From the NCBI GenBank assembly GCA_045837725.1, contig JBEWZL010000079.1, forward strand, positions 1-64,000: DNA of 64,000 bases. The letters are read 5' to 3'. Positions within the stretch are counted from its first letter, which is position 1. Each line of letters opens with the position of its first letter. Under the pieces are notes generated by a model. That model saw only the letters and a program-made list of their open reading frames with translations, was not told the origin of the DNA and ran no database searches. The stretch comes from Vermamoeba vermiformis (taxonomy: Eukaryota). This document shows positions 1 to 14,263 of the stretch, piece after piece. The position numbers and the translations under genes are program-made.

Positions 1-341
1 ATGCGTATGTGGTGCGACTGCGTGGACGAGTTGCCCTGCCCAGACTGACAACAATGTTTTTGTTCGCGACTGCTCAACAACAAGGAAACTAACACTCTGA
101 CAACGATAATATTTAACAGTTACAACGAATGATTGATGCTTCGTGCTCAGGTGCAGAAACTTCCTAGTTTACTTAGTGAACGGATGCAGCAACATGAAGT
201 CGTTTGCCAACGCGTTGAATAACTAGATATTTGAATTGCGCCTCGTGGGAATGAGGAATTGAGGTACGGTAACCAAATATCTGACAAAGATCTCTTGCGT
301 GTAAGTTAATTAAAAATATTTTTAATAAATTTATACTAATT

Positions 342-3262
342 CGTAAAATTAGCAGGAACTAGATTGGATTTAGAATATTGAAACGAGTAATTATTGTTGG
401 GCTAAATAATTTTTTTAAATTGGCCCGATCAACTGGTCCGGTGGATTCAGCGCAAAAGGGATATGGAATAGTTGGTACCCTTATTCCAATCAGGCATACG
501 ATTACGTACTCCAAGAAATTATCAAATCTACCGAAGAAGAATTCACTGGGGATAACTACGTGGAGGCGTACATTACAATTGAAAAAAAACAAAACTTTTA
601 CTTCTTCTCATACAATTAGTATTCCAAATCATGATCTTGTTCAGTCAGTTGTTGTGCAGGTAGCCCGTAATTTTTAGCCAACTTATCAATGTCAATGTTG
701 TATCTCTTGGCGTTAAATGTAACCGAATTGTGTTTCTTCGGACACCAATGGCGGTACTTGTGACAAGGCAATTTCGCCTCAAAATCACCACCGCAATAAT
801 GAGTTTCGCATTGCTTGGTTTTAGAGCCATGACTATATTCAGAAAAACCAAGCATTATAATCAGAATGTCACTGAGCGTGTCAAATCCAATCAAATCGAA
901 TTCTTTTGGAATGAGCTGTTGCACATCTTCGGGCATGAATATTTTGTTTGTGCTTGGAATAGCTTCTTCGGCAGAAAAATTGGGAAATTTCGACGCAGGT
1001 GGAAAAATTATCTCGTCCTAAAACAAATTTTTGTCAAGAGAACTTAACATTACGTGCCTTAATATTGAACTCACCGCTGGCTTGATGCTAACGTAACACG
1101 TTGTTTGACCTTCTTTCTCAGCCACTGCTCCGCCATACAAACCGCCATCAATCGCCGAGTTCAAGTAGATCTCGTGCAAATAATTGATCACTAGTTTGTC
1201 TTTCAAGGGCTCGCCTTCATGTCCAATAGCTATTCTAGCACTCTTATAATGCCCAAAGGCAGGTGCACATGAGTCAATACTGAACGTAATCACGTGCAGT
1301 TGCATGTCTAAAATGACACGTGTCAACGAAAATGTCAAACATTCAATCTCATACGTACACAAGAAATTGATCTGCAATGCTAATAATTTGATCTGATTGA
1401 AGTACTCATCTCGCTTATCGCCATCATAGTTGAAAAAGTTTGACCAAGTCGAAGGGTCTCGCTTTTTTGCATCGATGATCTGCTTGCAAGTTATTATCAT
1501 GGTAGTCATTATATAGTGATGATTACCTCGTACAGAATTGTCAAGTGGTCGTATTTATATGAAAGCATTCTAATCGAATGACAGTAGTTTCCTAGGTCCG
1601 TTTCGTCGGTACTAATAATTGGATCTGCCGTACATTGTTATAAATTTGTTACTAACACAGTTGAGCTTACGTGGAATTCTCTCTTTTTTAAGAACAAAAT
1701 CCATATTCGCAAACATCATTATCAGGCAGTAGAGCTTGACCGGATCCAGCTCTGGTTCACCAAGACGTTCCAGTAAAGCCTTGGCGTCCTTCTTATGCAA
1801 CATAACGTGAAATTTTGACGATTCACTACTTTCAAAGGAGGGCACTAATATTGTATTTTTTGGAGGCTCTCCGCGAGGGGGTGCAAGACATGCTATCAAA
1901 CTTTCGTCATTACTGTCTATTAACGTTACATTATGAAATCCTCGGGCATCGTCATGCGATAAGTTCGTATACATTGCATAATTCCAGCACAATTTAATCG
2001 TTTTTGCCTGTTGATCAACGGCTGTAAATTTCAATGCTCCGTTACGAAATGATTTGTCGCCTAAATGTTCGTACGAAAGTTTTTCTAGCTGATGGACTTT
2101 CAATCGCTTGATTAATCGTTCAATAGCATCTGAATCTTTTGTAAGGTCCTTAGCTGGCCGTAAAAACGCTTTATACGTTTTTGTATTCAAATTGTTGAAT
2201 TCGTATTTTTTGAGGTCTTCATAGATCTCGCGCCAGTTCTTCAACAGGTGATTATTAAAATGAGGCTCGGCCAAATCTGAACTTTCTACGATTTTGTGTA
2301 ATATTTCTGCTTTTTCTGGAATCTAAATGAAAGGTGGTTAGCGCAAAACGCGAATGTCTCAGATGCGCACATTTTCAGTTGAAATCTTCTCTAGGATCGC
2401 TTTGTTCTGACTAATACGATATAATACAGCTATAATATACGTCAGTATTATCAATGTAATGCTAGTTAAAAACTCACAGACTTCTGGAAGGCCGTTACTC
2501 CGCAGTATATTCGTGTAAATATTCCAAGCAGCATCAATAGACTTGCAATTTATTCCTAAAAATTAAAATGGTTAGAAAATAACATTAGAAAGATTAAATG
2601 TCAACAAACAACTAAATCCGTTCGAATATTTAAAGGAAAAAATAATTACCAAATTCCACCTCCAAATAATCTCGTATGCTTCGTATTGATAAATCTCGCC
2701 AAGATTTTTGCACCAATATTGTAGTTAAATAAAATCCATCAAGCCATTTAAATACTTCTTGAACGACATCCGTCAAATAAAGCGGATTCAAGACAAGACC
2801 GGTAATAAGAGAATCGTTACTATCATTAATTGGGACTTTTTGTTTTTTTGAGCCTCCTTTAGCAAGCGTTTCGTTGGTTCCTTAAGTGGATGTCAAAACA
2901 AACACCTGATATGATGTAATATAGCTTACGCTTTCTCTTTCGTTCACTCATTGTGGTATTGGCAGTATTAAATAGAAATCTCTTCAGTGCACTTGAAGTT
3001 TTACGCGAATAAAAAGACGCCAAAATCCAATTTCAAAAAGAAACAGGAGTACCTAAAATTTCTGTCGTTTGCAAACGACATTAAAGTATATATTATGACG
3101 TAAAATTAGCAGGAACTAGAATACCTTTAGCATATTGGAACGAGCAATTATTGTTGGGCTAAATAATTATTTTAAATATGATTGGCCGATCAACTGGTCA
3201 GATCGGTTTCTTGGATTTTTTCAGCGCAAAAGAAATGTAATAGTTGATACCCGTAGTCCAAT
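342..3262 (+). repeat. Imperfect ~150-bp direct repeat (342-490 and 3099-3262)
   Basis: Both copies contain cgtaaaattagcaggaactaga...ttattgttgggctaaataatt...ccgatcaactggtc...cagcgcaaaag. Confidence 0.85.
616..2951 (-). CDS. Multi-exon F-box-like protein, copy A of an inverted pair
   Basis: ATG at 2951 (MSERKRK). ORF-track pieces 1612-2274, 1018-1509 and 616-936 join in frame through GT-AG introns. N-terminal LYLTDVVQEVFKWLDGFYLTTILVQKSWRDLS resembles an F-box. C-terminal Cys/His cluster CETHYC...CHKYRHWCPKKH. Confidence 0.7.
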
Positions 3263-3442
3263 GATTATTTCGCTCTGAGCGACCTTGGCCCGCTGTACCA
3301 AGTTTTCTCGCAATGTTGATGTAGAAACAATTTGAGACTCAAATCCAGTCCCAGATCTGTCTGTCATCATCTGTTGAATCAATACAATTGGTTTCGAAGG
3401 AAATTCGAATTTTCCGGTTCTGTTGACTGCCACAATACAACA

Positions 3443-5727
3443 ATGAGTTTACGAAAGAGAAAGCGTAAGCTATTAATTAATCGAGTATTGGATCTTACAT
3501 CCTTTCGAAGGAACCACCGAATCGCTTGTGAAAGAAGCCTCAAAAAAACAAAAAGCCTCAGTTAATGATAGTAGCGATTCGCTTATTGCCGGTCACCCCT
3601 TGAATCCGCTTCATTTTGCAGATGTCGTTAAGGAAGTATTCAAATGGCTTGATGGATTTTATTTAACTACAATATTGGTTCAAAAATCTTGGCGAGATTT
3701 ATCAATACGAAGCATACGAGATTATTTGGAGGTGGAATTTGGTAATTATTTTTCCTCAAATTACGTTAACATTTAATCTTTTCTAATATTATTTTCAAAC
3801 TATTTTAATTATAGGAATAAAATGCACATCTATTGAAGCTGCGTGGGATGTTTACAAGAAGATACTGCGGAATAATGGCCTTCCAGAAGTCGGTGCGTGT
3901 TTTTTTAACTAGCATTTCTATATACATTAATATTATTGTATATTATAGCTATATTATATCGTGTTAGTCAGAACAAAGCGATCCTAGAGAAGATTTCAAC
4001 TGAAAATGTCAGATCTGATTGCGACATCTCATTTTGCGCGCTAACAACCTTTCTTTAGATTCCAGAAAAGGAATATATATTGCAAATAATCATGCAAAGT
4101 TCAGATTTTGCCGAGCCTCAATTTAATAGTCGCCTGTTGAAGAATTGGCGCGAGATCTATGAGGACATCCAAAAATACGAATTCAACAATTTGAATACAA
4201 AAACGTATAAAACGTTTTTGCAGTCAGCTAACGACCTTATAAAAGATTCTGAGGCTATTGAAAGATTAATCAAGCGATTGAAAGTCCGTCAGCAAGACAA
4301 ACACTCGTACGAACATGTAACCGATGAAGCATTTCGTAACGGAGCATTGACATTTGCAGCCGTCGATCAACACGCTGAAACGATTAAATTGTGCTGGAAT
4401 TATGCAATGTATAAGAACTCGCGTGACGAACCCCGAGGATTTCATAATATACAGCTAATCGAAAATGACGACAGTTTCATAGCACGTTGTGCACCTCCTC
4501 GCGGAGAACTCCCCAAAAATACAATATTAGTGCCTTGCTTTGAAAGCCGGGACTCGTTAAATTTTGATGTTATGTTGTTCAAGGAGGATGCTACAGCCTT
4601 ATTAGAGCGTCTTGGTGAACCAGAGCTGGATCCGGTCAAGCTCTACTGCCTGATCATGATTTTTGCGAATATGGATTTTGTTCCTAAAAAAGAGAGAATC
4701 CCTCGTAAGTTCAAATAAGCTACTTACAAACTACTGACAATTTATGGCAGATCCAATTATTAGTACCGACGAAACGGATCTAGGAAACTACTGTCATTCG
4801 ATTAGAGTGCTTTCGTATAAATACGATAAGTTGGCAGTTCTGTACGAGGTAAACATCACTATAATGACTGTCATGATGATAATTACAAATCAGATCGTTG
4901 ATGTAAAAAAGCGAGATCCTTGGACTTGGTCAAACTTTTTCAACTATGATGGCGATAAGCGCGATGAATACTTCAATCAGATCAAACTATTAGCACTTCA
5001 GATCAATTTCTTGTGTACGTATGAGATCAATGTTGACATTTTAGTTGACACGTGTCATCTTAGACATGCAACTGCACGTGACTACGTTCAGTATTGACGC
5101 ATGTCCACCTGTCTTTGTTCATTATACGAGTGCGAGAATAGCTATTGGACATGAAGGCGAGTCCTTGAAAGACAAACTCGTGATCAATTATCAGCACGAG
5201 ATCTACTTGAACTCCGCGATTGATGGCGGAGAAGTGGCTGAGAAAGAGGGCCAAACAACGTGTTACGTTAGCATCAAGCCAGCGGTGAGTTCAGTATTCA
5301 ACACGTAATGTTAAGTTCTCTTGACAAAAAGTTGTCTTAGGACGAGCTAATTTTTCCGCCTGCGTCGAAATTTCCCATCTTTTCTGCCAAAGAAGCTATT
5401 CCAAGCACAAACAAAATATTCATGCCCGAAGATGTGCAACAGCTCATTCCAAAAGAATTCGATTTGATTGGATTTGACACGTTCAGTGACATTCTGATTA
5501 TACTCCTTGGTTTTCCTGAATATAGTCATGGCTCTAAAACCAAGCAATGCGAAACTCATTATTGCGGTGGCAATTTTGAGGCGAAATTGCCTTGTCGCAG
5601 GTACGGCCACTCGTGTCCGAAGAAACACAATTCGATTACATTTAACGCCAAGAAATACAACATTGACATTGATAAGTTGGCTAAAAATTACGGACTACCT
5701 CCTCAACTGACTGAACAAGATCAATGA
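3443..5727 (+). CDS. Multi-exon F-box-like protein, copy B of an inverted pair
   Basis: ATG at 3443 (MSLRKRK). Same intron positions as copy A and highly similar peptides (ORFs 3528, 4080, 4744, 5045, 5422). Confidence 0.7.
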
Positions 5728-5787
5728 TGATTTGGAACACTAACTGTATTTTTGCATTCAACATTAAATTATTTATGATAGATTTAT

Positions 5788-8700
5788 TTACAAGATGTTA
5801 GTTTTGTCGGTCGCGAGTCTCGGCTTCAATTTGCAGCAGAGTCCAATGATCGCTGTGAAACTTTCGCCAGTCATCGATAAGCTGTAAAAAGTTGTCATAG
5901 CGATCGCCAAACAAGTGTATACAAAGTTAATAGGCATTCTAAAGAGGTACAAGCCCAGCTCGAAGAAAAATAATGACGCGAAGAAAAACGTCAAAAAATA
6001 CCTCCAAATGTACTGCTGCAATGATTTTTGGATTTTTTCCGCTGCTGGTTGCTGCGTCAATGGCAATTGAGGTGTGATCATGCAAATCAAGTATAATGGC
6101 ATCAAGAAAAAGAACGCAAACTTGTGAATCGAGAAAAGAATTCCCGCCAAAGTCACGTGCTCGGTGTGATCATGAATGCCCAAAATAAATATCTTCGTGT
6201 CGCCGAGATCGTAGTTGCCACCCGAAATTTCGTGCAGCCAGTACGCTTGATTCATCATCAACAAAAACGCAAATTTCCTCAGATGTGGACCTGCGAACTG
6301 AACGACTTTCGTGTCCATATTCGATGCGTGCACAATCTTGCTGTATGAATTGAGCACTAGTGTACCGAAGACTAGGTAAAGCCTAACAGATTGAACAATA
6401 AGTGACAACGAAAAAATTGACAGGTGTCAAACTCAATCAATTAGACGAAATATGAAGTGCCAAAGTGTCAAAAGTGTCAAAATATGGACTGGCCGTGCTT
6501 ACCTCTCTTCGTCAGTGAACAGCACGAACAACAGCATGGTCATCGGAACAACAGCCAATCGACGCGAGACACCAGGCACGATCAACAAGACGACAGTGTG
6601 CGCGATCAGTGCAGGGTACAAGCCAATGATAATCACGCTGTGATTGGAGTCTATGTCCATGTTGCTCACCTTCCAAGTCCGGCCAATCGATTCAAACGCA
6701 AAGAAGTACGTGAATGCCATGAAGTAGATGACACGTGTCAGCTTGAAGATTGTGCCGTTCATGAACAACTCTCTTTCCGAGTTATTTTGCTGTGCTTCAA
6801 TCGCCTAAAATAGTATCGTTAGTTCCGCAATCTATTATTTCCTTAAACGTACTTGTTGATATTCTTTGAATCGTTGCCACATCCAAATGGCAAAGCCCAA
6901 ATAAAACACCAAATATGTTAATACATGCAGCGCTAACGGCCGGCCAATCTCCTTGCGGACTATAAAAGGAATTAGCCTAATTTGGTAATGAGAGATGCGA
7001 GAGTACGCGCCTTGAATGAACGAATTCGTGTAGATCGCAACAATGACACCGGCAGCTGTGCCGACAAACAGCCAATATCGAATGTTGTGCGAGGGACTCT
7101 TCACTTCATCTTCATCAATGATAGCTTTGCGTTTGATCTTCTCGCTATTACCGGTCTCCATATCATCGTCTTTGGTATTTGGAGATGTTTCTTGGTCCAT
7201 TGACGTGTTGTAAAGTGCACCAGCGACCAACAGCGCGTGAATGAATAAAAAGATTTGTCTGTTCTCGCCCCACCAGAACTCGACATTAAGCTGCTGAATA
7301 AGTTAGCCCATCATACCACGTGATTTTCCAAAATATCCGTAATGAAAAATTGTACGTACCATTGAAAAGACTACTGGGTAACCAAACACGATGAATATTG
7401 GAACGACAATCAGCCAAAATCTCGCTTTCAACATGACGCAGAATTTCTGCAAAGACCCAAACTCTAAGTTCGTGAGCGAGATGAACGTGCCGAGAGCGGC
7501 CAAGAGATAGAACGCGATTGAAAAAACAGGAATTGCGTGGAACTCTTCGAGGGCGTGTTTGAGCTGACCAAGATACTTCTTCCAAGTGCTGTCTTTCGCT
7601 GTCTTTACGTCCAAGTTGTGTTCGTCTTCAGGACCAAATCGACTGACAGTCGAGCCGAGTCTCACGCCTAAATGTTTGGCGTTCTGAATGAGTTGAAATG
7701 ACACGTGTCTGTACAAATTGATGCGCTCTGAAAGTGACTCTGAAGCAGCATAAGCCATGCCGTTAGATTCAGCGGGAATGCTCGCTGCTCGGACGTATTG
7801 CGTCAGCGTGCCAGCGACGTCAACAGTGTCGAGCCAGACCTCTTGAGGGAGAGGTTTCAGCTTCGGGTTGTACATCATCATGAAGGCTTCGTTGCCGTTG
7901 TCCGATGTCCCGTGAGTACTGTCAAAAGCAAGTTAATCGCTGGTTATACGACAACGGCTTATCTTTTGAATGAAATTTTAAAGACATATGGCAAGTTGTT
8001 ACCTTAAAATGTCGTCATCTGGCCACGCGCCACCATGATCGCTCATAACGACCAAAAGGTACTCGGGGTTTTCATCGATCCAGCGCTGCACAATGCGCAT
8101 GTCTTCGTTGAACTGGTTGATAATTTCAACGGTATGCGAATCATATTTGCTATGATTGTATGGGTTAGATTGGGTCCGAAGTCGAATTTCCAAATTAGGA
8201 AATACTTACTCCATCGTCTTGTGGTTAAATTTGTCCACGATTTGGGTCGTGATCAGAGCACTTTTCGAGTCAGATCTGAACTTGTTCAGTTGACTGTAGG
8301 CTGATTCTTTGCTGACAGCAGCACCCTTATTAGGACCAAATAAGGAATAAAACGCTCGTTCATGAACAGTGTCTTCTTCAACACGAGTTATTCCGCTCCA
8401 AAGTTGTGTTCTTTCGCGCATCAAATCGTAGAATGCTTCACCGTCCGTTTGCCCGTAGTAATGAATAGGAACGCCTAATGAAATAGCTTGATTAATATTT
8501 TTACTATATTTGGTAATAATAGTGCGATGTGAACCTGCAGTTTTGAACTGGCTAATGAAGTTGTCGCACTCAACTGGAGCGCCCATGACATTAGTAGCCG
8601 GCTTGCCAGTTAGGTACGAAGTTACGACACCATATGTTGATTGAAAGGGGATATTGTATATATGATACAAGTGCGATGAAGCCTGGTGTAACGAAGATCC

Positions 8701-9442
8701 GTTAGAAAAATTGAAAATTCTGGATCTATCTTTGAAGCTGGATTTAAATTAAAATAATACTATTGAAAATTCTATTGACTTACTTCGAATGTTCTTTGGG
8801 TGGTAGTAGTCCAAAATTGGTCAAACGGAAGCCCATCCATGTAAAATATCAAAATCTTTTGAAATGATAACGAACTTTGACAGTGATCGGGATTTTCTAT
8901 ACAATATGTATTCACAAAATTTTCGCTGCTGTAATTAAGCATTAATTAGTTAATTGTGGTGGCGGATGCCGAGCCAAACAATTCTGGGCTCCAAAAAAAT
9001 GAAAAAATATCGCATTATTAAATATTGTATTCATTTTTTAAATGTAATATGCTGCAGTACCTCCAAATCAAGCAGCGCAAAAATAATTCGAACGAGATCC
9101 AAATAAGTTTTCAAATTGTGTACTGCAACGTTGTTTTTTTTTTTAGTAAGACCGCTATTATTACCAATTATTCTTAGCGAAATTATTAGAAGGGTCTTCC
9201 GCCTAAGCATTTGAGATTTACCTGATCCAAGCAGAGTTCGTTCGGTTGTAGCTGTCCACAATGTTGCTGGAGCAATAGGCTATTACAATAAGCACTATTA
9301 GCGGCTTAAAATTGCTCCAGATGAACGAAAGAGCATTGAACAGCGGAGGTGAGCCGCGCTTTATTCGTTGGATGAACGGATCGCATCCCAGTCGCAGAAC
9401 CTGGAACTGTCCTAGCATTTCATAAGTCTGCTCTGGGTCCAA
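5788..9442 (-). CDS. GPI ethanolamine-phosphate transferase-like (PIG-G/O/N-type) alkaline-phosphatase-superfamily multipass membrane protein; start uncertain
   Basis: Motifs IFYMDGLPFD (~8825-8850) and LLVVMSDHGG, followed by many hydrophobic helices in ORFs 7303, 6835, 6499 and 5788. Confidence 0.6.
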
Positions 9443-9857
9443 TAGCTAATAAAAATGAACTTTGGGGTGAGGATTTACTTTTTCAACGTTGAAAATGCCT
9501 AAAAAGGAAGGTGGAGCGCATGTAAACCGACAAAATCTCGCCGAGAGAGATCCAAAAATGGAAACGGTTGGAAATGTGTTCAGACAGCAATACTAACTAT
9601 TTCGAGACATTACTATGTTACTTAAACGTCAAAGCATCAAAATTGCGTTTTTCGTTTCTAGTCCTTGAGCATCCAGCACCAATGTCGGCAGAGCTCACAA
9701 TCGGGTGGAACATTCAGCTCCGCACTTCCGTACCTTGCACTATGATCTCGTTTAATCACCGAGGAATGAGAAAATCATCACCTGTAATGCTGGCTAGCTA
9801 TCAAACGTGATTTGGGTACCTGCAATAGCAAACTAGATCAGAGGAATTAACAGCGTT

Positions 9858-10870
9858 CTATTGTATAATACAGCGGGATCTCTTAGCTAATTTTGGATTA
9901 AGCATAGCAGGGGTTCGCTTATAAAAGACATTAGCCGCGTGTTCTATGCTCGCATCCAGATCTTTGTCAGCTACCAAAAGCCCATTATCCAAAAAAGGTT
10001 TGATTATTCTTCGCATAACATCCAGCGCTTCTTTAGCTTTGTCGGCGCCATAAGTTTGATAAATTTCGACGCCAATGCTCTTTGCGTATTCTTGCGCTAT
10101 TTCAAACGAAACTTCAATTTCTTCTGGTTTACGATGGTAACGCGTTCCTATTATTACCTAATAACATATAAGCAAGCATAGAAACGATATTATTTCATAG
10201 TATCAATCGTGCCAGCGGAAATGTAAATTTGATCTACGTCTGTTAGTTATTCTTACGATTGGAACAGGTTCTCGGCCCATATCCGAACACATCCGCTTTG
10301 CTTCATCAATTTTTAGCTTAATGTCTTCAAACGAACGCACACTTAGTGCGCTGTAAATCATGACAACGCAAAAAGATTGCGCGTAGCTCATCTGTCTCTC
10401 GGCTGAATTAATTAACCATTAAATATCTATGATTTAATTAATGGGTGATCATTAGGCATCCAAATTACCGACTCTGTCTTCGCGCTGAGAAACATTTGAT
10501 ACAGAAACCCAGATCTTTTTGCCATCAATTTCTATCTGCAAAATAAAAGGATATTAAATATGTGCTATTTAAGTAAATGCTTGACTGCCTAAATTTTTAC
10601 TAAACTGTCACCAAAATCTTGATTTTCTTATTTTTTTCACTTACGTTGGATCGCACCATGTCATTCAAATACGGTGACTGATCCGCTATAATGCTTCGTT
10701 AATTTTTATATATTATGCTTGCACGTACGATCCCATTGTTGCGATTGTAAAAGGCAGATAAAATCATAACCAAGATCGTGCGTGTAATAACCCCAAGTCT
10801 CGGTAGAACCGATTCTTGGAGCGCCGTCTCCAGTTATTAAGCACAATTGTGGTGGATTCTTGGTGGCCAT
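9858..10870 (-). CDS. Divergent Ras-superfamily-like protein, possibly degenerate
   Basis: IEIDGKKIWVSV and CVVMIYSALSVRSFEDIKLKIDEAKRM...VPIV resemble the small-GTPase beta2-beta5 region. No canonical GxxxxGK[ST]; exon joins not fully resolved. Confidence 0.4.
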
Positions 10871-10988
10871 AATTTAAACAACGCGTTTTTGATGTGACGA
10901 AAAAAGTAAGAAGGTACCTTTAATCCGGCAGCAATGCGACGAATTGTCTAATTGAGTTTATTTACAAAAGAAATAAAATTGAATAAAA

Positions 10989-12895
10989 CTAATCATCCTC
11001 GTTCAAAATTTCGTCCAGAAGTTCATCGTCGTTCGGATCGGGGACTACACCCTTTGTAAAAACGTAGGTAGAAATACCACTCGATTTGGCTTGATATTTC
11101 TTATAAGCCCAGAAAGCGACATATCCTATTAAAGCCAAGCCAACCATTGCGGATGCGCCGATCAGGACGTACTTGAACGGTTTCAGATCGCTGTTGTTAC
11201 CTTCATCGCCAGGCTCACGATCAGAACCTTTAGTAGGTGTAACAACAATGATGTCTTGGGGTGGATTAACGGGTGGATTGCACACCTGATCGTTGGTCAA
11301 GTCCAACAAGTTGTACTTGTTCAAAGGATAGGTCTGCACTTCGAAGCCGTTACACTCGTAGCGCATAGCTAACAAGTTATTTACCTACAGTGTGTTAGTA
11401 TTGCCCCGACACCTGTTATTGAAATACAGTACTTACGACCAAGTTGTTGCTCGAGACAGTGAAGTTTCGTAACATGAAGCAGCTCTGGCACTTAGTGTTT
11501 CCGGGATCCGTTTGGCAACCCAACTCGATCTTATCGTGGTTCTTTAACTGATCAATCGTAAACGCGAGCTCTTTGTTATCTAAAGTTTCAACTCGCTGCA
11601 AGAAACAAAAGTATTAGAACAGATCTTCCAACCAATAGATCTGATCGCTTACGAGGCTACGGCAGTTTTCACCCTTCTTGCTGACAATACAATGACTGAA
11701 GCCACCAGGGCCAGTAATGCAACTTTTATCGGAAGCTAAGGTCTACGTGTTAGTCCTAACAAATAGATTGTCAAAGCTTGTCTACTACGTACTCCACTCG
11801 CAGCCAACACCGTGATAGTTATCTTTGCAGTGACACAGACCAGCAAGCGAGCATTGACCGTGCTGAGAGCAATCAGCGTCACAATCTAAACGAACGGAAT
11901 TATTAGTACTCGAACTCAAAGAGCCAATTACTTGCGACTATAATATTACAAAAAACGAGCACAAATAACACCAATAAAAACACGTTAAGTGTCACTTACT
12001 CAAGAAACAATTGTCAAGTGTCAAGCATCCGAAGTCAACTTGCGACATTACATTTCCAAAGCAATCAACCCTGGAACTGCCACAGACGTTGACTTGATGA
12101 CTAGGCGTCGAGTAGTTTCCGATTGTAACGCACGCATTGCACTGCACTGAAGCTCGTCTGACGAAAAGTGATCAGATCGCGTGTCAGTCAATTGACCGAT
12201 AGGAAACTTACTTGTTCAACGGAACATTGACGGGAATGCACGCTTCAATAGGAAACCTGGGTTGTCCCTAGAAAGTTGTTTTTGAGTACTTGACTGGGAG
12301 TTGGAGTCCGGATTTAGTTTTACTTACGACGCCGAAGTCAACATAGCTTAATGCCTTGACTATCGAAGTTGTCATGGGTTCGAAAATCGGTTTACTTTTG
12401 TAGGTAACAGCCAAGGACTGTTAAAACGAAATAAATAATCGGAAAAATGCAGGAGTGCATCCATTAAGTAGATCAGAAAATTTACGATTGATTTGTTCAT
12501 CAATATGTACATTCTAAATATATTTACCAGCTTAAGACAATCCTGATGCGTGACGGAGAAGCATAGATCTTTCACTGTAGGATTATCGACGCATTTTTGA
12601 AGCAGAACGGCTAAAAAGTATTTAATTATAATTCCGACACTTTGTTATTAGCGATAATGAATGCCTTCGTATTTTTAAAATAAAAGGAAATTTATTTCAA
12701 TTTTTCTAAATTAGTATGTGCCGCTAAGAGGCCATACAATCCATAATTTAGCACCAAATCATCAACAATAAAATTATATGGTAAATTATAAACATTTTGT
12801 CTCGGGAAAGCGAATATAAAAAAGGACTTACAGTCATCCGCTCCGACGGCACTCAAAGTGATGAGTAAAGCTATATAAATACAAACTATACGCAT
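10989..12895 (-). CDS. Type I membrane protein with signal peptide, Cys-rich/EGF-like domain and C-terminal TM helix
   Basis: Signal MRIVCIYIALLITLSAVGA; EGF-like CDADCSQHGQCSLAGLCHCKDNYHGVGCE (~11795-11885); TM YVLIGASAMVGLALIGYVAFWAY. Confidence 0.7.
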
Positions 12896-13072
12896 GTATA
12901 TCTACAAATAACTTATATAAAAAAGAACAAACAAATGATGAGTTGTGTTCGATCTCTCAAACAAAAGTAAAAAATAATAATTTAACGACGCACAGCAGCA
13001 CAGCAGGTCTTTAGATATTTATATTAATATTTGCGTGTACATGCAGAACACATTGGAGGGCTATTTTGGAGA

Positions 13073-13884
13073 ATGGAATCGACAGAAACAACAGCGCTAA
13101 AGTGTGTTTTCGTTGGCGACAGTGCAGTTGGAAAAACAACCCTCCTTCATACATTAGCCTGCGGGAAAATACCAGATTACGACATTCCGTATTACAAAGT
13201 GCAAAATCATAGTAAGTAGCCCACCGATCGCACCTTTATTGCAAAAAAATAAAAATTAAATTTTAAAAAATAGCCGCTGAATTTACGCACCAAGGAAGAA
13301 GCTATAATTTGGGATTAGTTGACACATCGCACGATGAGACGCATGACCGGTAGGTTGAGAGGCTTAAGTTTTATTGTCACAAACGTCTTTTGTTCGTCTT
13401 AGCTTGCTGATCCACCTCTTGTTTGAATTCTATTTCGATAAAATACGATATGCTAATTTACGACGATAGAACTCGCCCTTTGTCGTACCCAGACACGGAT
13501 GTGTTTGTTGTTTGCTTCTCGCCGGTACGCCACACCTCTCTACTAAATGCGGCGCATCGCTGGGCTAAAGAAGTGGCTCATTACTGTCCAGACAAGCCAA
13601 TAATATTACTAGCACTTAGAACAGATCAAAGAACGGATCCAAAAATGATCGAACTGTACGATAGAGCTAGACAAGGCTCTATTGATACGCCTGCCGACGG
13701 AGCTAAAATAGCTGCAGAAATTGGCGCGGAGCGGTATTTGGAGTGTTCAGCAGTGATGGAACAGGGACTGCAAGAGTTGTTAATTTCGTTAGTTGAAGTA
13801 GGACTTAGCGGCAAACAGAATAAATCGAAGACAGATAAGAAAGGTAGCAAACAGAAAGCTAAACAAGAGTGTAATATAACGTGA
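13073..13884 (+). CDS. Rho/Rac-family small GTPase
   Basis: GDSAVGKT P-loop, RPLSYPDTDVFVVCFS, YLECSA, basic tail and CaaX-like CNIT; two introns. Confidence 0.9.
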
Positions 13885-14263
13885 ATAATTAATCCTGCAT
13901 TTTTTACTTGATCTGAACAATTTTTGTTCGTGTATAAATTCATAGATATTATTGGTAATTATAATACATTAGCTATGTAATTTTCGCAATTTTTTGGTTA
14001 TTAGTGCTACCTTGATACGCTAACTTTTTGCGATTAAATTAATTTTTACTAGACAACGGCAACAATAGTTCGAGCCAGCCACATGGATGCTAGTGGAGTT
14101 GTGCTGCTCGTATATCGATTAATACGACAAGGAGAAACGGCGAAATAATGCTCGTAACTTGGTAATTACGCTGCGAAATTCCATAGCGGCCCGCACTTAT
14201 TTAATCGTTTGACGCTCATGCAGTTTATTCATATATTACAATAAGAAACAACAACTGAACGAT

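Larger units (their letters stand above)
611..5748. repeat. Large inverted duplication, arms ~611-2965 and ~3425-5748
   Basis: The reverse complement of the left arm aligns by eye with the right arm from the start codon through the 3' UTR. Confidence 0.9.

Noticed and set aside
1-340. Possible exon fragment at the window start
   Set aside because: Stops in the frames examined and no recognisable product.
5020-5065. Apparent frameshift between ORFs 4744 and 5045, suggesting copy B is a pseudogene
   Set aside because: The indel falls inside a gtacgt...ttag intron; splicing gives FLYMQLHV in both copies.
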